A stretch of 63,464 nt of DNA, counting the filler, from Folioceros fuciformis (taxonomy: Eukaryota): the NCBI GenBank assembly GCA_049999805.1. It is 7 parts of 7 records of this genome, joined end to end, with 100 filler letters (N's around TTAATTAATTAA, not from the genome) between each part and the next. Parts side by side here need not be neighbours in the genome. Positions count along the whole stretch, not along the records: positions 1 to 26,166 come from JBNGIO010005351.1; positions 26,267 to 38,660 come from JBNGIO010005353.1; 5 more parts are not named here. The stretch is one strand, 5' to 3'. The notes beneath the pieces were generated by a model that ran no database searches, was not told the DNA's origin, and worked only from the letters and a program-made list of their open reading frames with translations. Positions 12,754 through 27,295 of the stretch are shown here, piece after piece. The position numbers and the translations under genes are program-made. Within the stretch, counting starts at the first letter, position 1; every line of letters starts with the position of its first letter.

Positions 12754-14776
12754 TTAAGAACTCGAAGAACTTTCAGTCCTTCGCTGAGAAAGAGGCACTT
12801 TCTCCAGCCCTTCCTCGGTGGGACGAAGTTCATCTTCAGGTTTGTCACCCAGATACTCCCGACATGTATGGAATAGAGCGGCATGAAATCCAGGTGCGTT
12901 ATCCAGAAACACGAAATGGCCTCCCTGCAAAGTGACAACATTCATGAATAAGAACGGAGTGACGGGTGCTCAGACTGTTTAGTGCTGAAAAAGAAGGTTG
13001 CAGACGTACATTGGGCACCCGGATCATCTCTGTTGGGACGTTCATCTGCTTCCGAGCTTCTTGAGCATCTTTGTAATTCATCCAATCATCGACACCATAA
13101 ATAAAAGTGGTCGGTACCTTCCAATCCCTAGCCCTGCTCGTACGCCATCGTTAAGAGCTTAGAACCGATATCGTGTCGAAACAGCCAAACCAAATATTTC
13201 AAGACAGACAGGCACAAACCTCTTAAACAAGGGCGATCGGGCAAATGCTCCCAGGGAAAAAATGTACTTGAGGCATAGCTCCCCACTTGCTCTGGCCGCA
13301 AGCGTATGGAAAATATAGTCTGCACAGAGGGCGACAAGGTCGCTTGGTCCACGGTCTGGAATGGTTCACCTGAACAGAAGCAATGCAGACATCTTCAACA
13401 ACCAACCTGAGAAATATGCTGCTTCCTTGTCGTCCAGCCCAGTGCCAGTCGTATACAGCCCGAATCGTGCTCCTGTGTATTTACGGACAAGATTTGGCCC
13501 AAAAGGACCCAAACTCCTGCACGGTCACATGGAGTCAGGTCGTCTTCCTTATTTTGTTTGATCAATACACTGCAAGAATCTTGATCTGAGCCAAGACCTT
13601 TACCTCACAACCTTTTGTGGAGTCATATTGGAGTCCCAGAAGAAGTTGAGAATGGCTCCACGCCATGTAGACCTGAATTGGGCAATGCGATCTGATTCTG
13701 GGGACATTCCAGCTGGTCCCACCAATATCAGATGTTTCACGTGTTCCGGATGCTGCCAACCATCAGATGAGCTCGCGAAGTCAAACTAAGTAAGTTCATC
13801 CAAACCAGTAGCAGAATTACTGCAATTAAAGATCAAATCGGACCTTCAGAGCATATCGGGCTGCAACATAGCCTCCAAGCGAATGTCCAAGCAGAATAAA
13901 ATTGTCCAGATTCTTTGCCTTGCGCCACTCTTCAAATGAATCCACGAACCAAGCTTCTGTCTCTGTTGCACAAACACTATTCTTCCTCAGAATCCATTGG
14001 ACACATTGATCCAAATCAAGAACCTCGTCGCTGCCCTACACAGAGGATATTCTTCATAAGAGCTGATGTGCTGTCGCTTAAGAGACTTACCTTCGGTGCT
14101 CGTGCAGGTGAAATCAGGACGACTAGAAGCACCCCATCTGCATAAATTCATGAACAGATTTTGATACCACTGATACACAGTGAGCATCAAACGCAACCAA
14201 CTGCAAAGCAAAGGCAACAGGAAGGAAGAGCCAAACGAGTGACGAGAGAGACAACCCACACTCACCCGAGCTGATCAATTGCAACCACACGAAACCGCTC
14301 CGCAAGAGCATCGAAATTGCGGAAGAAGAAACCTTGTGATGCACCATAGCCATGCACCAGCACAATTGTGGGGGCATCTGGTGGAGCAGATTGGTCAAAA
14401 GTGACAGTGTTTATGAACCGGGGCTCATTGCTAGCTGATCGGAACCATCTCACATTCGATCCGGGCGGGCCAGACCCAATGTTCACTTGCTCTTGAACGT
14501 AAGGTGACCTGCCATGCCAGGGGAACATAACATCCAGATCTCCGAAAGGACTAGCAAACGAATGCAAAAAAACAAACACTCCAGCAACTTTCTGTACCGC
14601 AAGAGGGAAAGAAGTTGCTTTTCAGACTGAATAATCTCCTTCCTCGAGGTCGGACTCCATCGCAACCGCCGTTGCCAGCTGGTAACCCATTGCCATTTAT
14701 TGTTGTGCAAAACAACAGCTTCAGCTGACTTCGAGGAAGACTCACCAGCGCTGGTTTTGGACGCCGCTTCAACCAT
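12754..14776 (-). CDS. CGI-58: CGI-58/ABHD5-like alpha/beta hydrolase (lipase / LPA acyltransferase), multi-exon
   Basis: [21 protein letters not shown], nucleophile elbow [48 protein letters not shown], and C-terminal HX4D motif GGHFVFLDN. All expected exons are present. An alternative ATG lies at 14800. Confidence 0.92.
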
Positions 14777-15596
14777 TTTCTTCAGCGCAAATTTGCGCAT
14801 GCTCCGCTGGAAAACCCTATAGTGCTCCTCCCTACACACCTAAAACCCAAACGCCCCCTCCTCCAATATGGCCAGTCCAATCAAGACTCACAACCTCCAA
14901 TGTCCTTCAACCGACACACGAGCTCTCCTGCCCGTCTCCGGCCACATCATAGCCACACCATCCTCGAAAGCTGAGGTTTGATACCAATCCCAAGACAACA
15001 GCAACCCTCTGTAAGTCACCCCAGCTTCTCACAACCAACCTTCAACATCAGCACACAGCAACACGAAATAAATCCACTATCTGTTTGCTCCCAGGTGTCC
15101 CCGATTCAATCTAAACTGCAACTTGTCGATCCCAGACAACCGAAATCCCACACGATCGGAGGGACATTGCCAGATTGGCCTGAATTGCGTGACCTGAGGA
15201 CACATTAAATACTTACACCGTAAAGAGACGCTGCCTCTGTACCGCAACGAGGAAGAATCGGGTGGCGTTCGCAGGAAGGCCGAGCCGATCTTGCTTCGCG
15301 GCTGCAGGAAGCGGTCCTTCCTGTCCCCTTCGCGCTAACCTCAGGTTTATCTCAAGTTCGAACTGTGCTTCTTTCTGTCCCATAGAGGCCAGTTCAACTT
15401 GTCTTTTCGTCGGATCGGCTTACTGAAATTGAGAAACGCGATATGCTTCTCTGGAAACCGTCGTCCAATCGGATGGATCTGCGCTCCGTCCATCCTCAAG
15501 AGCGGAACGAATGCATGCGAGAAGCGGCTAATGCAGGACGGTGCCGACTTTTATTTGTGGAATGGAGGAAGACGAAGCTATGGCAAGGAGCTTCCG

Positions 15597-16147
15597 CGGT
15601 ACGAGCTTGAGTATTGCAAATGCTGTCTCCGGCTCCGGAGCAGCTTGAATCTTCCAAGTTCCAATTTGCAAAGATTCGTAAGAGCTCGTCGAGAGGTCTC
15701 ATGTGATGTGAGGGACTTGTTGGGAGGATGTTCTGGTCCGTGGCAATTTTGAAGAATCGTGCAGTGTGTAACATCGAGCTCTCTTGTCAGTCAGACGAAG
15801 AAGTCTATTAGAAGACGGCTATTAGAGGCTACTCGGATGGATTTAATCCTACATTGGACTTGTTGTACTTCACAACTTGGATCATGGTGTGCCAGCGATC
15901 CAAAGCCCTTTCTGAGCCCCGCATGTAACTATACATCCAAGCCGCAGATATCAGCAAAACCGTTCTTCCATAAGACTAACTCACTTGAGGCCGCAGTGTG
16001 CAGGGGAGCTAAATGGAGTAACCAGGGGAGAAAGCCATTTGAGTGAAGGGCAGCCGCGATATCCATGCTACTGAGGCGATAGCTGTAGGGGCGGCACAAC
16101 CGCGCAACGGGCTGGAGACAGCGTTTGTAACAGTCAAGCTCGTACCG
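15597..16147. repeat. Imperfect inverted repeat, 37-bp arms about 477 nt apart
   Basis: 15597-15633 matches the reverse complement of 16111-16147 at 32/37. Confidence 0.8.
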
Positions 16148-17597
16148 TGAGAATGGGCCGTGTGTGACATGCCTACTTCCTTCCCCTTCTCTGCAACTAT
16201 GCTTATGCAGTGGCTTCAGCAGCAACTTTTGTTAGTGGTACGTGGCCCCTTCCCGACTTGAGACTCCGGGTTTGTTGTTCTCTCTAAGACGAGAACAATT
16301 CCTGTTCGTTCCATTCCTCCAAAATTGTATGTACCTAGGTGCCTTTAACCTTACGGCCCACGTATGCCTACCTACCACTGCCTGACTCCTGTTGGCTCCA
16401 GATGCCCTTCTCTTCCTGTGTATTCCAATCCTTTCTACACCGGCCTACCTACCTGCATCTGCATGGTGCGTAGCTGTGGTCACGTAGGAAGAGGCTGCGG
16501 TCTGATCACACTTTCAACGTGCAGTCTGGCCTTGTGTGTCCCCGTACTTGTGCAGGCATTCGCCAGAGATGTGAGTGAGAACTGCCAGTATGTTGTGTAG
16601 CTATCTGTCCTCCTTCCACCATCAGGGTGACTAGTTCTCTCTCCTTCTACAACGCACCAGTGGTTGCACAAGCCTCCATTCAGTGCGTGCCTGCTGAATG
16701 CCTTGTTGCGCTGCCCTTTGTCTCCTGGCGTCCTCCTGAGCTCTTTGTAAAGTCCTGCCTGTTCCTCCTAGAACTATGCTTGCTCCAGTCCAAACCGCCA
16801 GCCCGTCGCAGAGACTGCCCGTTCACTTTGCATAGACGTCTGGCTGTGTCTTCCTGCATCTGGGAATGAAGCTCTCTGCCCCCTAACTGTAAGTTCAGTG
16901 GCCTGTCCTCCTTGCTGCAAAGGCAACATTGGTTGCACAAGTCTGTGAGTGCAGCTGGCTACTGCCATTGAGACCTCAAACTGACTCATCGCCCCGTAAC
17001 CCTATCCTTCAATGGAGAGCAGCTCCCTTCCTTGGAACCGGGAAGGAAACGAGAGGCGAAGGACTGAACCCTGGGAATAAAGAAGGAAAATATTAAAAGT
17101 ATTTAAGATTTCTTTTCCAACTCAAAGAATATCTTTCGAAAGTAGTAGCCCCGTACAAAGAGAATTTGGTGACAGGAAGCATGGAGAGCTGACACAGCCA
17201 GCCCGTAGGGGCGTAGGGCCTTCCTTGCTCCAACATAAAGGCAGGGGTTGCGAGTTCCAGACAACTTCGGCCCAGTTGCCGACCCGTTCGGGTTCCCGCG
17301 AGTCCGAGTTATCCCGAGGATGCGTCACACGGCCGCGTGGGAGTTAAATTAACGGGGCGTTTTCGTCAGCCTTTTGCCCTGAGCGACTGGCCTAGTCTAC
17401 TATCCAGTACCTTCGGCCCCCAAGGTAAAGGCCGAATACTGAGTCATCGTGAATGGAATCGGGGCCTCTGGACGCCCCGTGCGCGTACTCCGAAACCGGG
17501 AATTCGTCTCACGTCTCGGATCTGTGTTGCAGCGATCTACGCACGAGGCTCGCTCCGCCGACGGGACTGTGTGCGGCTTGCCGGAGGAGCAGGAGCG

Positions 17598-19885
<2,288 letters not shown>

Positions 19886-21343
19886 AGCCTCTGCTCTATT
19901 AGTGAATGTGTTTATGGAGTTGATTTATTGAAATCTACAGCACCTACAACGTCTCACCAGTAGTGGCGAAAGGGGCTATCAACTACCTTTTTCGGTAACG
20001 AGGCCGCCCTTTTCTTTGTTACCTCACATCGTTCTTCTAACCTGCACCTTGCCACGGGCCTTCAGTGAGCTCCGTTCACATAATTGCTGAGATGATCAGC
20101 TGTCTACTTTACTAGCCACGGGGCTCAGTTGTACAAACCTGATTCTTATGGGGTAGTTTCTTTTTATAAGATTGCTTGAAGCTTGGGATCTGTTCATTGT
20201 AATTTCGAGTAGCGGCCAGTTTTTGCTTCATGACTGTTAATAAGTTGATGTGTTTCTCTGATCTGTTTGCATCTTGCAACCAGTCCTCGAACGCAGTGCT
20301 CGGCTTATCTATTAAGGATAGCCTAGGCCAGCATCCAAGAATCACAGTCCGCCATATTGGTAACTTTTGTTCCATCAACTTCCTCCCCGCAATTGTATAG
20401 GCCTCGTAACTCTTCTTCACCCATTACATATAAGACATCCTCACTTCCGCAACAGTGTCCTTCACGAAAAGGAATGGTTGTTAGCAACTGCCTTCACGAT
20501 GTGATTGTGGAGGCGGTTGAAACTACTGGGGTACATGGGTCCATGGCTCCTAAACCGCTCACGTCTTACGTATATATGTACGGGGACAGGCTTCACCTGC
20601 ATTCTTGAAGCGACAGAAGTCAAAGTATCTTCGGATTCTCCTTACGTACCCAGACAGACAGTTGTCGTAAGCCGCATGTCGCTGGGTCGTGAAATGAAGT
20701 TACTCCGCCATTGTGGCGCTACAGGCATTGCAGTAAAGCACAGTAAATTCAAATCGGCTACACTCTGGCGCCGGTCTCTCCCTCCCATGGATTACGAAGC
20801 TCCCCGAGCTCCTTCTCCGATCCCCGTGTGCGCTCGAATTGAAGGCGGCCCTTCCCTCTCGTCGCCCGAGACGAGTGACATTGCGGAGGGAGGCGAAGCT
20901 TCCATGGTGGCCTGCTCTCAGAGACGAGTCGAGATGGATGCCGCAGCAGGTGCGAAAGCGCTCACCGTTTTCTGCACAGTCCACCGCAATTCAGAAGTGC
21001 AGCGGAGAAGCGTCAATGCAAATGCTGTGTTCACGGTCTGCCGGTTTGCGTGTTGGATGACGCCTTGCATGCATTTTGGGCGACAGATTGGAGGTGCGGG
21101 ACGGCGGTGATGCGGAAAGCGTGTGATGGAGGCCAGCGAGAAGGATGAACGGTGCAGAGGAGAGGAGCTTCGTGTCAGAAACGCCGAGGGCTGCATCAGG
21201 GAGCCATGGCACCGGCTGGAGCTGTCTCTGATATCAAGAGCAGGTCGTCCAGGCGACGGTCGAGCTTGAGGTCGTGCGTCAGACTTTCTGTGCTTGTTGT
21301 GGATGGTGTGGAGGGTGAATGAGCCGGTTTTTGTGGCCTGACA

Positions 21344-24300
21344 GCGATTTGGAGCAGTTGATGATCCTGTTTTTGTCCGCAACAGACGCTCCAACAGCAA
21401 ATTGGATGAGACGGTCCCCGGTGATGGATTTGAGGTTACCATTCCGGAAGTGGCTGATCCTGATAACAGGCTCTCCCGAGCTGTTACGAAGTCTCGCCGT
21501 CTTGTCATCTCCAACTCTGGCCAATGCTCTACGCTGCCGCAGGATGATGTAGCGGAAACTGATCTCAAGACGGAAACTGCTAGAACGGACCGTGAGAGCA
21601 CGGATTCCGAGGCATCCCTTTCTCCTTCCCTGTTCGCACGGTTTTCTACTAGTTTTGAAAGCAGGTTTTTGGATGGCCTTTGGTGGCTCAAGGGGCAGTC
21701 CAAGGATAAGGATATTGATGCGCCAGAGGTATGAGAATGCAACACAGGCGGTGGTTCCGCTAAATGTGCGTGCACTGCTCACTCGTTGGATTGGGAGTTT
21801 CAGGATGTGTTAACGACGTATCACGATTCCTACCTGTACGGAGAAGTCCCTCTCGAGACGAAGGTCAGGGCAGCTCTACGTGGGGGAAAATGGACACCTT
21901 TGCTGACCTGGGTAAGGCTTATTGGATTGTCCATCGTGTTGTAAGTTTGGGGGTGCAAGCGATTTCACACCTGTCGGGGTGTGCTTTGTGCAGCTGGAAT
22001 TCGTTGCGGCGATCGTACTGGTAGCTCTCTACGTGCGATCCACGTATGTGATATCTTGAATGGCTTTTCGTTTCTACCTGAGCTGGTGGCTACCGGTTTG
22101 TAATGTCTGGTTTGCTCCTGAAGGTACACGTCTGGGAGGCGACATTGGACCACACTAGTCGAGTATTGGTGTGCAGTGTTCTTTACTGTCGATTACCTTG
22201 TGAAGCTTTACAGGTGAGAATCTTAGAGCTCCCAAAGTTCAGAAAGTAACCCGGTTCTGTCCAGTATCCTATGCTGAAAGTTGCTTGAGATGTCTTTGCA
22301 GTGCTCCTGTGCGGCTCTACTACGTCTTCTCCATCACTGGGCTTATCGACCTTGTAACTGCTCTTACGATAGCCTCTGTCCAGAAGTATGTCCTTCTCCC
22401 CCTGTTATTTGATACATGTGCACTCGACAGGGGCGTAAATTAACAACTCAGTCCTCTTGTTCCTTTCATTCGTCAGGTATCTCTGTTGACTTTTGAAGCG
22501 TGTGATCCTGCAGTAGTGATATGGGCTCGCCATTTGCATGGTTCCAAATCTTGCTGGTGCTACGGATTTTAAGGTACCGCAAGTTGTGCACGACCTTTGA
22601 GACCAATGTTTGTTTGTTGAAATCTGCTGCTACTTGGAGACAGTCCCATTTTACTGACAGCGTTTGTTACTCGTTTAACAAGAGTTATGCCGGTTCTGAC
22701 ATCATGGCTCGTTTTCACGAGCGCAATCGGGCATAAGATATTCCTATTGATTGTCAACACATTTGGTGCAGGTAAACTTTCCCACGTGAGTAACCATAGG
22801 AGTTTATTGCAAAGATGTTTCAAACAACATTCTGATTCTGGCCACTCTGTCTGCAGTTTTTATAGCTGCCGGCGTGTTCCAGTGGGTGGAGTTCAAAGCT
22901 ACTTCACAAAGTGTGAAGGATGCAAACAACTGCGGTCGTATGGGTTGCCTGACCTACTATGAAGCCTTGTATTTGATGATCGTGACGGTACATTGACAGC
23001 AAGTTTTCCTTGATTGTTAACATCTTTCCATGGAGTGGTCACTAAGTTGTGGTCTATTTTATTAATAGATCTCAACCGTGGGCTATGGAGACTTCACTGC
23101 AAAGTCGGACTGGGGAAGGGTGGTGATTGGCTGCACCATATTGACAGCTCTAGTAGTTCTTCCCGTACAGATTGGGAAGATTTTGCAGCTTGCGTCGCGC
23201 AGGTACCTGATCGTGTAAAGATCTGAAAGCTCTTGCCTCAAAGGGATTTTGACAAGGTATTCTCGATCTTCTCAGGCCTTATGGAGGAACTTTCGCTGTG
23301 AAGAAAGTTATTGGTTCTCGGCTTATCATCATAAGTGGGAACCTTTCGTTCAGGATGGTGCAGGACTTTCTGTCCGAGTTCTATCATCCGAGCCACTCCA
23401 AAGGTCGGGACCATGATCCACACAAGCTCCACTTTAGTTGTAAGTGTGTGCACACAGGTACCGGAACTGCTGATGGTCTACTGATGGTAACACTGGACTC
23501 TTACAGACATGCCAGCATATCCTATTCGGGTGGTCATTCTCGCTCCCTATAAGCCCTCGTACGTTCACATGCTCTGCGAAAAGAAACGCTGCAAGATTCC
23601 TGAACTTCCAAGATATGTAGCTACGAATGCAATGAAGGCATACATATGACTAACCTCCTGTCTGACTATGCTGTTTGACGACCGAGTAGATTTGAGTTGA
23701 AGAGTCTGCTGTTTCATTACGAAGGTCTCGTTGAGTTCATTGAAGGGACGCCCACTAAGGACACGGATCTTGATCGTGTCAGTGCTAAGGTTGCCTCGGC
23801 TTTCTTCTTGCTCGCAGATCAACATGCCAAGGTGAACCTCAACCGTGTGCCACAGAGCAGACCAGTTTGGAGACTTTGATCACCTTCCTGACACTGTGTT
23901 CCTGTATTCAGGATCCAGACACAGAGGATGCCGCCCAGATCGTACGGACGTTGACGGTGCACCGTTATTGTGGCTCAGGCGTCAGAGTCATTGTGGAGAT
24001 GTTAAAACCGGAGAGACAAACAAGTGCCATTTGGGATGATGCAGAAAGCGAAATAGAGATAATCTGTCCTGAAGAGATCCGATTCAAACTCCTGGCGCGC
24101 GGGTAAAGGCTCGCACTGAATCACCTATGTCCGTTTTTTCCGTTTGATAGAGATTGTCAACGTGCGAAGATCTGTATACTTTCGAGTGAGCATTTTATTT
24201 CTCCAGTTAATGACCCTCTACTTCAATTTTACAGTTGCTACATCAAAGGGCTCTCCACTTTCGTAACCAATCTGTTCCGTTCAGGGTTGCGAATCACAAA

Positions 24301-26166
24301 TTGGCCACATGCTGAGCCAGCGCACTGGATGAACCAATATAGCCACGGAATGCAGCAAGGAGTGTTTCCCGTAATCTTGCCCCCATATTTTGCCGAAACA
24401 TTGGTATTCGAGAAGGTGAGAAAAATTTGACCACCTGGTTTGCTTGTAGGCGCACGAGGATGCTAGTAAAAAGCCGGAGATTGTTTTACAGTTCTGTCCC
24501 TGTTTTGGGCATGCAGGCAGTTGAACTTGTGTACTCGCGGTACCGAGTCATATTATTTGGGCTGGATGCTGTCTCAAAGGATGGCCTGTACCGAGAGGTC
24601 CTTCTTTATCCCAGAGGACGGATGCTGAAATCTTCGGATGTTGGATTAGTTATTGCCAAAAATTTGGCGCAAGCTGAGCAGGTGTCGCAATTTGGTCGTC
24701 ATCAGAGTCTTACGACCTGCACCTCCCTACTGTCATGGATGTTGAGGAGGCCTTCCAGAGAAAAGCTAGACAACGATCTCCTGAACGAGGTGGGGGTTTT
24801 GAGGCATCTGCATTACCAAAAGAGTGGCTTATTGTAGCTGATTTCAGATTGTTATCTATACTTGACGGCTAACATCTATGTGATGAGCAGGTTGTGAAAA
24901 AGCATTACTACTCGGATGATGATGAAGCGGCCAGCCAAGAGTACGCTATCTCCTTCGATCATGCAGAAGAGATGAACCACCAGTCGGGCAGAAAAAGGGG
25001 ATCAGGTTCTGGAGGCAAAAGTACGAAGGGGAAAGAGAGTGTGATGGAACCCATATTGTTTGTTGCAAAGCATGGCCAGGATTGCCGGGCTTGTCCAAAT
25101 TCAGCGAGGTCTTCATGTCTTACACTCGAGGATGCCGTAGACAGAGCTATGAGTTGGCCTCCTCTGAATAAATCCCGTCAGCCAGAACCTCCTGTACTGG
25201 AGAGGAGAGAGGACGCTATTTCAGTGAACTTGAGGAACAGCACACTGAAGGTGGTTTCTCTTGAGAAGCCACACATTCTGGTTTGCATCAAAGGGGATTG
25301 GCCCTCCAACCTCTTCATTTTCGTGTCACATTTGAGGACGTCTGTGCAGCCAAACCCTCCTATCGTTATCTTGCACCCTGAGGTGCCAAGTGTGGCAAAA
25401 TGGGGTTCCGTTGGCATGTTTGATAATGTGTATTTTGTCAAGGGCTCTCCAGTGTACGAGCTTGATCTTGTTCGGGCTGGCGTGCTACAAGCAGGTACGT
25501 CGCGGGTTTGAAAGCGAGCTCTGAATGAAGCTGTGGGTTTCCGTACTTATTAGAAAAGTTGACTTCTTAAAAAAATGATGTGTTCCTGCAGAGAAAGTGG
25601 TTATTCTGACTCAGAGCAACAACAACCAATACCAGCCTGGACAAGAGCCTGTCGACGACGGTGATGTCGCAGCTTCTCTTTCCTTCACCTCCGATGTTGA
25701 GAACGTCCTCATTGCAGCAACGGTTGAAAGGCTTCAACAGCCGACGGGGCACCGGCTCATCACTGAACTGCAGGATGATGTGAGCATCCAGTATTTAAGG
25801 CCAAAGTTTCACATCAAGCGCCAACAATTTGATCACGAAATGTATCAGAGAAATCGACATGCGTCCTTCCAATACGTGCCGTCTTACATCGAGGGGAAGG
25901 GCTTTTGTCCCTCGGCTCTGACGTTTCTCTTGTAAGCTTTTTCAGAACCATTTCACTTTCATGGTTGCTACGTTGTCTGTCATTTGCAGGGCCGTGTCAG
26001 ATTTGGGTGCAACTTGAGTGTCGAGATATGTTTTGGCAGGTATTCTTCGTTTTTCAACAGAAATACCGTGAACATAGTCGAGAGCTTTATATCAGGTGGG
26101 CAGGCGTCCAATTCTCTTGTCGACGGGCAGAAGGTCCCAGCTCTAGACCAGATTGAGATGCCCAAG
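21344..26166 (+). CDS. BK/Slo-like large-conductance K+ channel (6TM-1P plus two RCK domains), multi-exon; N-terminus uncertain, C-terminus cut by an assembly gap
   Basis: S4-like LVLRILRYRK; pore ALYLMIVT|ISTVGYGD (filter at 23075-23092); PYGGTF..RLIIISGNLS..FLSEFYH; DPDTEDAAQIVR; IICPEEIRFKLLARGCYIKGLSTFVTNLF; RCK2 PHILVC, YFVKGSP..DLVRAGV, LITEL. Confidence 0.9.
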
Positions 26167-26266
26167 NNNNNNNNNNNNNNNNNNNNNNNNNNNNNNNNNN
26201 NNNNNNNNNNTTAATTAATTAANNNNNNNNNNNNNNNNNNNNNNNNNNNNNNNNNNNNNNNNNNNN
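26167..26266. other. Assembly gap with artificial TTAATTAATTAA linker (repeated at about 38705, 45114, 48690, 53227, 57309)
   Basis: The identical 12-mer is centred in 100-nt N runs and places stop codons in all six frames. Confidence 0.95.
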
Positions 26267-27295
26267 ATGTGTGAATGATCTGATGACTAGGAACTCCCTT
26301 ATGAGGTGTGTGTTGGAGTGATTTTTTGTCTTTTTTGGCTCAGTTTGGTATGAAATAGAGTCAGGTTGTGAGTAGGCTAAGGTATTCATACTTCAAAGTT
26401 CCTTGGCCTATGAGTTTTTAGTCTTGGGCTTGGTCTGACCAATAACTACTCCTTGGACCGGAGGGGCTGATTGTTCTTTCGCCTTTGGCCTTTGGACAAT
26501 TCACAAAAGCCTATACAAAGGGGGAAACTCCTTAGACATAAAGTCATTTTGTGATTGAGGTCGAACCAAGAGTAGAGTGTCATGGTCTGTGGACTTAGTT
26601 TGAGAAGGGAGGTAGCCGAAGCCCAACGACGGTCGTGGAATGAGGAAAGCAGCCGTAGAAGGAGCAACCGATAGTGGAAGCCGGTAGTGGTTGTGGAAAC
26701 ATGACAAGATGGAAACCCTAAGGGGAAGTCAAAGTGTTTGGAGGGCTTTTCAAAGTGTTTGGAGGGCTTTTCAAAGTGGAGCGCAACCACGACTGAAGCA
26801 ATGTTGGGGAGCGGACTCTGGGCAAACGAAAGTGCGGGTGTAAAGGCTAAACAGGGTGACCAGGGAGGAGGCAATGGGCGCGGCGACATTGGCCATCTCC
26901 TGACAGGCTCGAGGAAACACGAGGCTTTGAGGAGAGGGTGAGGTGGTGGTGGTAGCACGCAAGCAAACCTTGGAGCGCTAACGGATGGCAGAAGCGGCGG
27001 TTGATTCTTGTAGGAATGTAACATCCAGACCTATGGCGCAGGTCGAGATTGCTCTCTTGCCCAATATGGACCACTGGAGGGTTTGGGTAGGTGATTTGGT
27101 AGACAAATTAGGTCTCGGGTTCATGTCAAAACGCTAGAACTATGCGAACCCCGACCTGGTGCAGGAGTGTGCATAGCAGTTACAGGCCAAGGCACCAAGA
27201 GGAGGAATCAGGGATAGGGTTTAGGGTTTAACACACCCATCCCGTCTTAGCGTGGATGAATACCACCTTTTGAACATGGCTGAGCGCCTTCCCAA

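Noticed and set aside
15209-15220. ATACTTAC resembling the U1 snRNA 5' end
   Set aside because: It does not continue as CTG or a U1 body. It reads as a minus-strand splice donor (gtaagtat), probably of the CGI-58 5' UTR intron.
16364-17330. Short ORFs upstream of VPS4
   Set aside because: No domain signal and no coherent gene model.
17337-17597. 87-aa N-terminal extension of VPS4 in the ORF track
   Set aside because: It starts at GTG, and the conserved plant SKD1 start MYSNFKEQ is at 17598.
26211-26222. TTAATTAATTAA motif recurring six times
   Set aside because: Always centred in N runs, so it is a scaffolding linker, not biology.
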